Positions 61,949-64,000 of a stretch of DNA of 64,000 bases are shown piece by piece. The stretch is from Vicugna vicugna. Its lineage: Eukaryota. The stretch lies in NCBI GenBank assembly GCA_013265495.1, contig MU058257.1:1044020-1108019 (forward strand). Reading direction: 5' to 3'. Each line of letters begins with the position of its first letter. Position 1 is the first letter of the stretch. The position numbers and the translations under genes were made by a program. The notes below the pieces were generated by a model that ran no database searches, was not told the origin of the DNA, and saw only the letters and a list, made by a program, of their open reading frames with translations.

Positions 61949-64000
61949 CTGTAGGTCTTCACACAGGAAGGGGCGTGTTACCTGGGCGGGGGGAGCAGGG
62001 AGTTCCCCATTTCCCCTACACCCAATAGACTATAATTATATCCTGTGTGAAAAAATTGAATGAGAACTGACAGCATTGCTCATGATGAACTGAGGGGGCA
62101 GAGGGTACCTGTCCAGCCTGGGGAACTGAATCCACGTGGGCAGGGGTGGGCAGCTCCTCTCCTGAGGCCTCCTGGTACCAACAGGACCTGCTCTTCCCAG
62201 CAGGTACAGGATTGGCCACACACTGGGTGTGCTGACCGCCCGTCTCTGTGGGTGACAGGGCAGCGTGCAGCCGGGGCCACTCACCCTCACATCTTCTTTG
62301 TCTCCAAAGTCCCACGAGAGCGGGATGTGGGGAGGTCCTCTGTTGGTAAAGGTGGTAGATGGGACTAATCACCATGCTCCGTTTGCACAGAGAGATTCCA
62401 CACACATTCATGGATGCGTTTTTGCCAGATGACCAAAGAGCAGTGACAAGTTTGCCATCCTTCGCTCTCTGTGACCCAGACTTTTCCTCCAACTGTTCTA
62501 GACTCTAGTTTTCAGACATTTCTCCTGCCCGGAGAACACGAGATCTTTCATATAGAGAGTGAGCATCCTGGTACCTTTTATTCCTTCTTTCTCTCCTCCT
62601 GCATCTGCCCCCCTTGCCTCTGAGGTCGAGCCGGGGCTGCTGTACAAACAAGGAGGGGTGATTGGTTCCCCTCAAGTGGGCTGGTGGGTGCTGTAAGGTC
62701 CAGTAATATGCCCTGATTTTCCATTCAAGGATACAGCCTGTTTTTTCAAGCATTTGTCTTTCTCTATGGAGTTTTCCTTGAGAACAGTAAGAAGGCAGGC
62801 AGCGCTGCTGTTAAACGGTGAGAACAGGTAGATTGTCCAGACAGACGTATGCCATTTCCTTCCTGCCATGTTCTCCTGCTTCTAAAGAACAGCAGGTGTT
62901 TTCATTGTTGCGTCTGAGCGCGGTCACAAGGGTCACCCTGCGGTACCACAGATGGTGGCCTCCCAGCCAAAAGCCAATAGTAACCACTGTTCTCACAGCC
63001 CACATCCTGCCATTGATTTTCGCAGGGACCTCCCCATTGATCGCACAGGGGCTTTTTCCCCCGGATCAATGGCAGGATATAGCTCATGACATGACGTGTA
63101 GATAAAAGACCCGGGAGTTAACTGTCAACAGAACGAAAATTTAGATGTAAACTCATTTAACAAAAATTGGCTTTCAAAGGTTCATCAGAAGAGAAAGCCT
63201 TTCAAAATGCCTTCCCCGACCTTGCTGTTAACATCAATGCAAATCAGATTTCTTATACCCCAATCACGATTCCTTGGATGTAAAGACACGTCTATGGCTT
63301 TTCATGTTTATCAAAATCACATTCTCATTGGTACCTCTAATAGAGATAAAGTTTTTTTTTTAAGAAGTGTGGTTTTTGCCCTCAAACAGTATAGTATCTA
63401 ACGGGGAAGAAAGATGGGCCCACAGATAACTTAGGACAAAGTGGGAGGAAAAAGGGAGCAGGGAGGGGAGAGAGGGCATCGAGCTCTGGAGTGTTGAGGA
63501 AGACGTGTGAATAGCTTGTGTACAGGCTCTCAAGTCCTGAAAGTAAAAAATTAAAAACTTAACCACCCAAATTTTCTGATCGTTAGGGATACACACGTGT
63601 ATTGGTCCTGTTGGTACTACCCAGATTTCAAGCCAAAAAAGGGAAATGACTCACAGGCAGAATGGGCTGTCAGAGGGGTCTCCCTCCCTCCCAAGATTCC
63701 CGGGAGGTCCCAGTTGCACCCAATGTCCAGTAGTAATTATGAAGAGCACCCCTTCCACTCTTTGAAGTGACCCTGCCCAGCCAGTGAACTACACTTTGGC
63801 AAGGCAGATGTCAAAATCTGTTTTAGTTGCGGGACACCAATGAGTGAGGACAGAATAGTGGGATGTGGAGGACGCTGATGTGCTGGCAAGGTTCAGAGCC
63901 GGGGGCCTGGGCGCTGCGTCCCTGGTGATGCTGGTCAGGCGGTGCTGGCGGTGGTCCCCACGCCGCCTGGGACAGCAGAGCGCAGAGCCCTCCTGTGCGC

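Noticed and set aside
62516..62571. Possible small exon after ttttcAG
   Set aside because: Weak or ambiguous donors and no recognisable peptide

Overview
Mammalian nuclear genomic DNA, most likely a camelid. This is inferred from tRNA(Ala)-derived vic-1-type SINEs and artiodactyl-type L1 3' ends; I saw no Alu, B1, Bov-tA/BovB, PRE-1 or SINEC copies. No host protein-coding exon or RNA gene could be recognised, so the window reads as a large intron or intergenic region, and almost all ORFs in the track look like chance ORFs. The only clearly protein-like sequences come from mobile elements: (i) the uninterrupted C-terminal ~340 codons of ORF2 in a young 5'-truncated LINE-1 (40386-41744, minus); (ii) a heavily decayed class III (ERVL) protease-RT-RNase H fossil (~4765-6650, minus) visible only by stitching several frames. 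The rest is a patchwork of solo ERV1-type LTRs (two with exact 4-bp TSDs, one with a CpG-decayed TSD), MaLR and MER21-like LTRs, L1 3' fragments, L2/MIR relics, SINEs, a (GT)19 microsatellite and a 51-bp AT-rich minisatellite. There are also three small orphan CpG clusters and several repeat-free, motif-dense blocks that may be enhancers. I found no convincing new biological system. The best leads are the ERVL pol fossil, an LTR with octamer/SOX/CCAAT motifs, a TSD-less young L1, a MARE+CRX/OTX motif cluster and a candidate symmetric exon. Repeat family names are from visual recognition and old-repeat boundaries are approximate.
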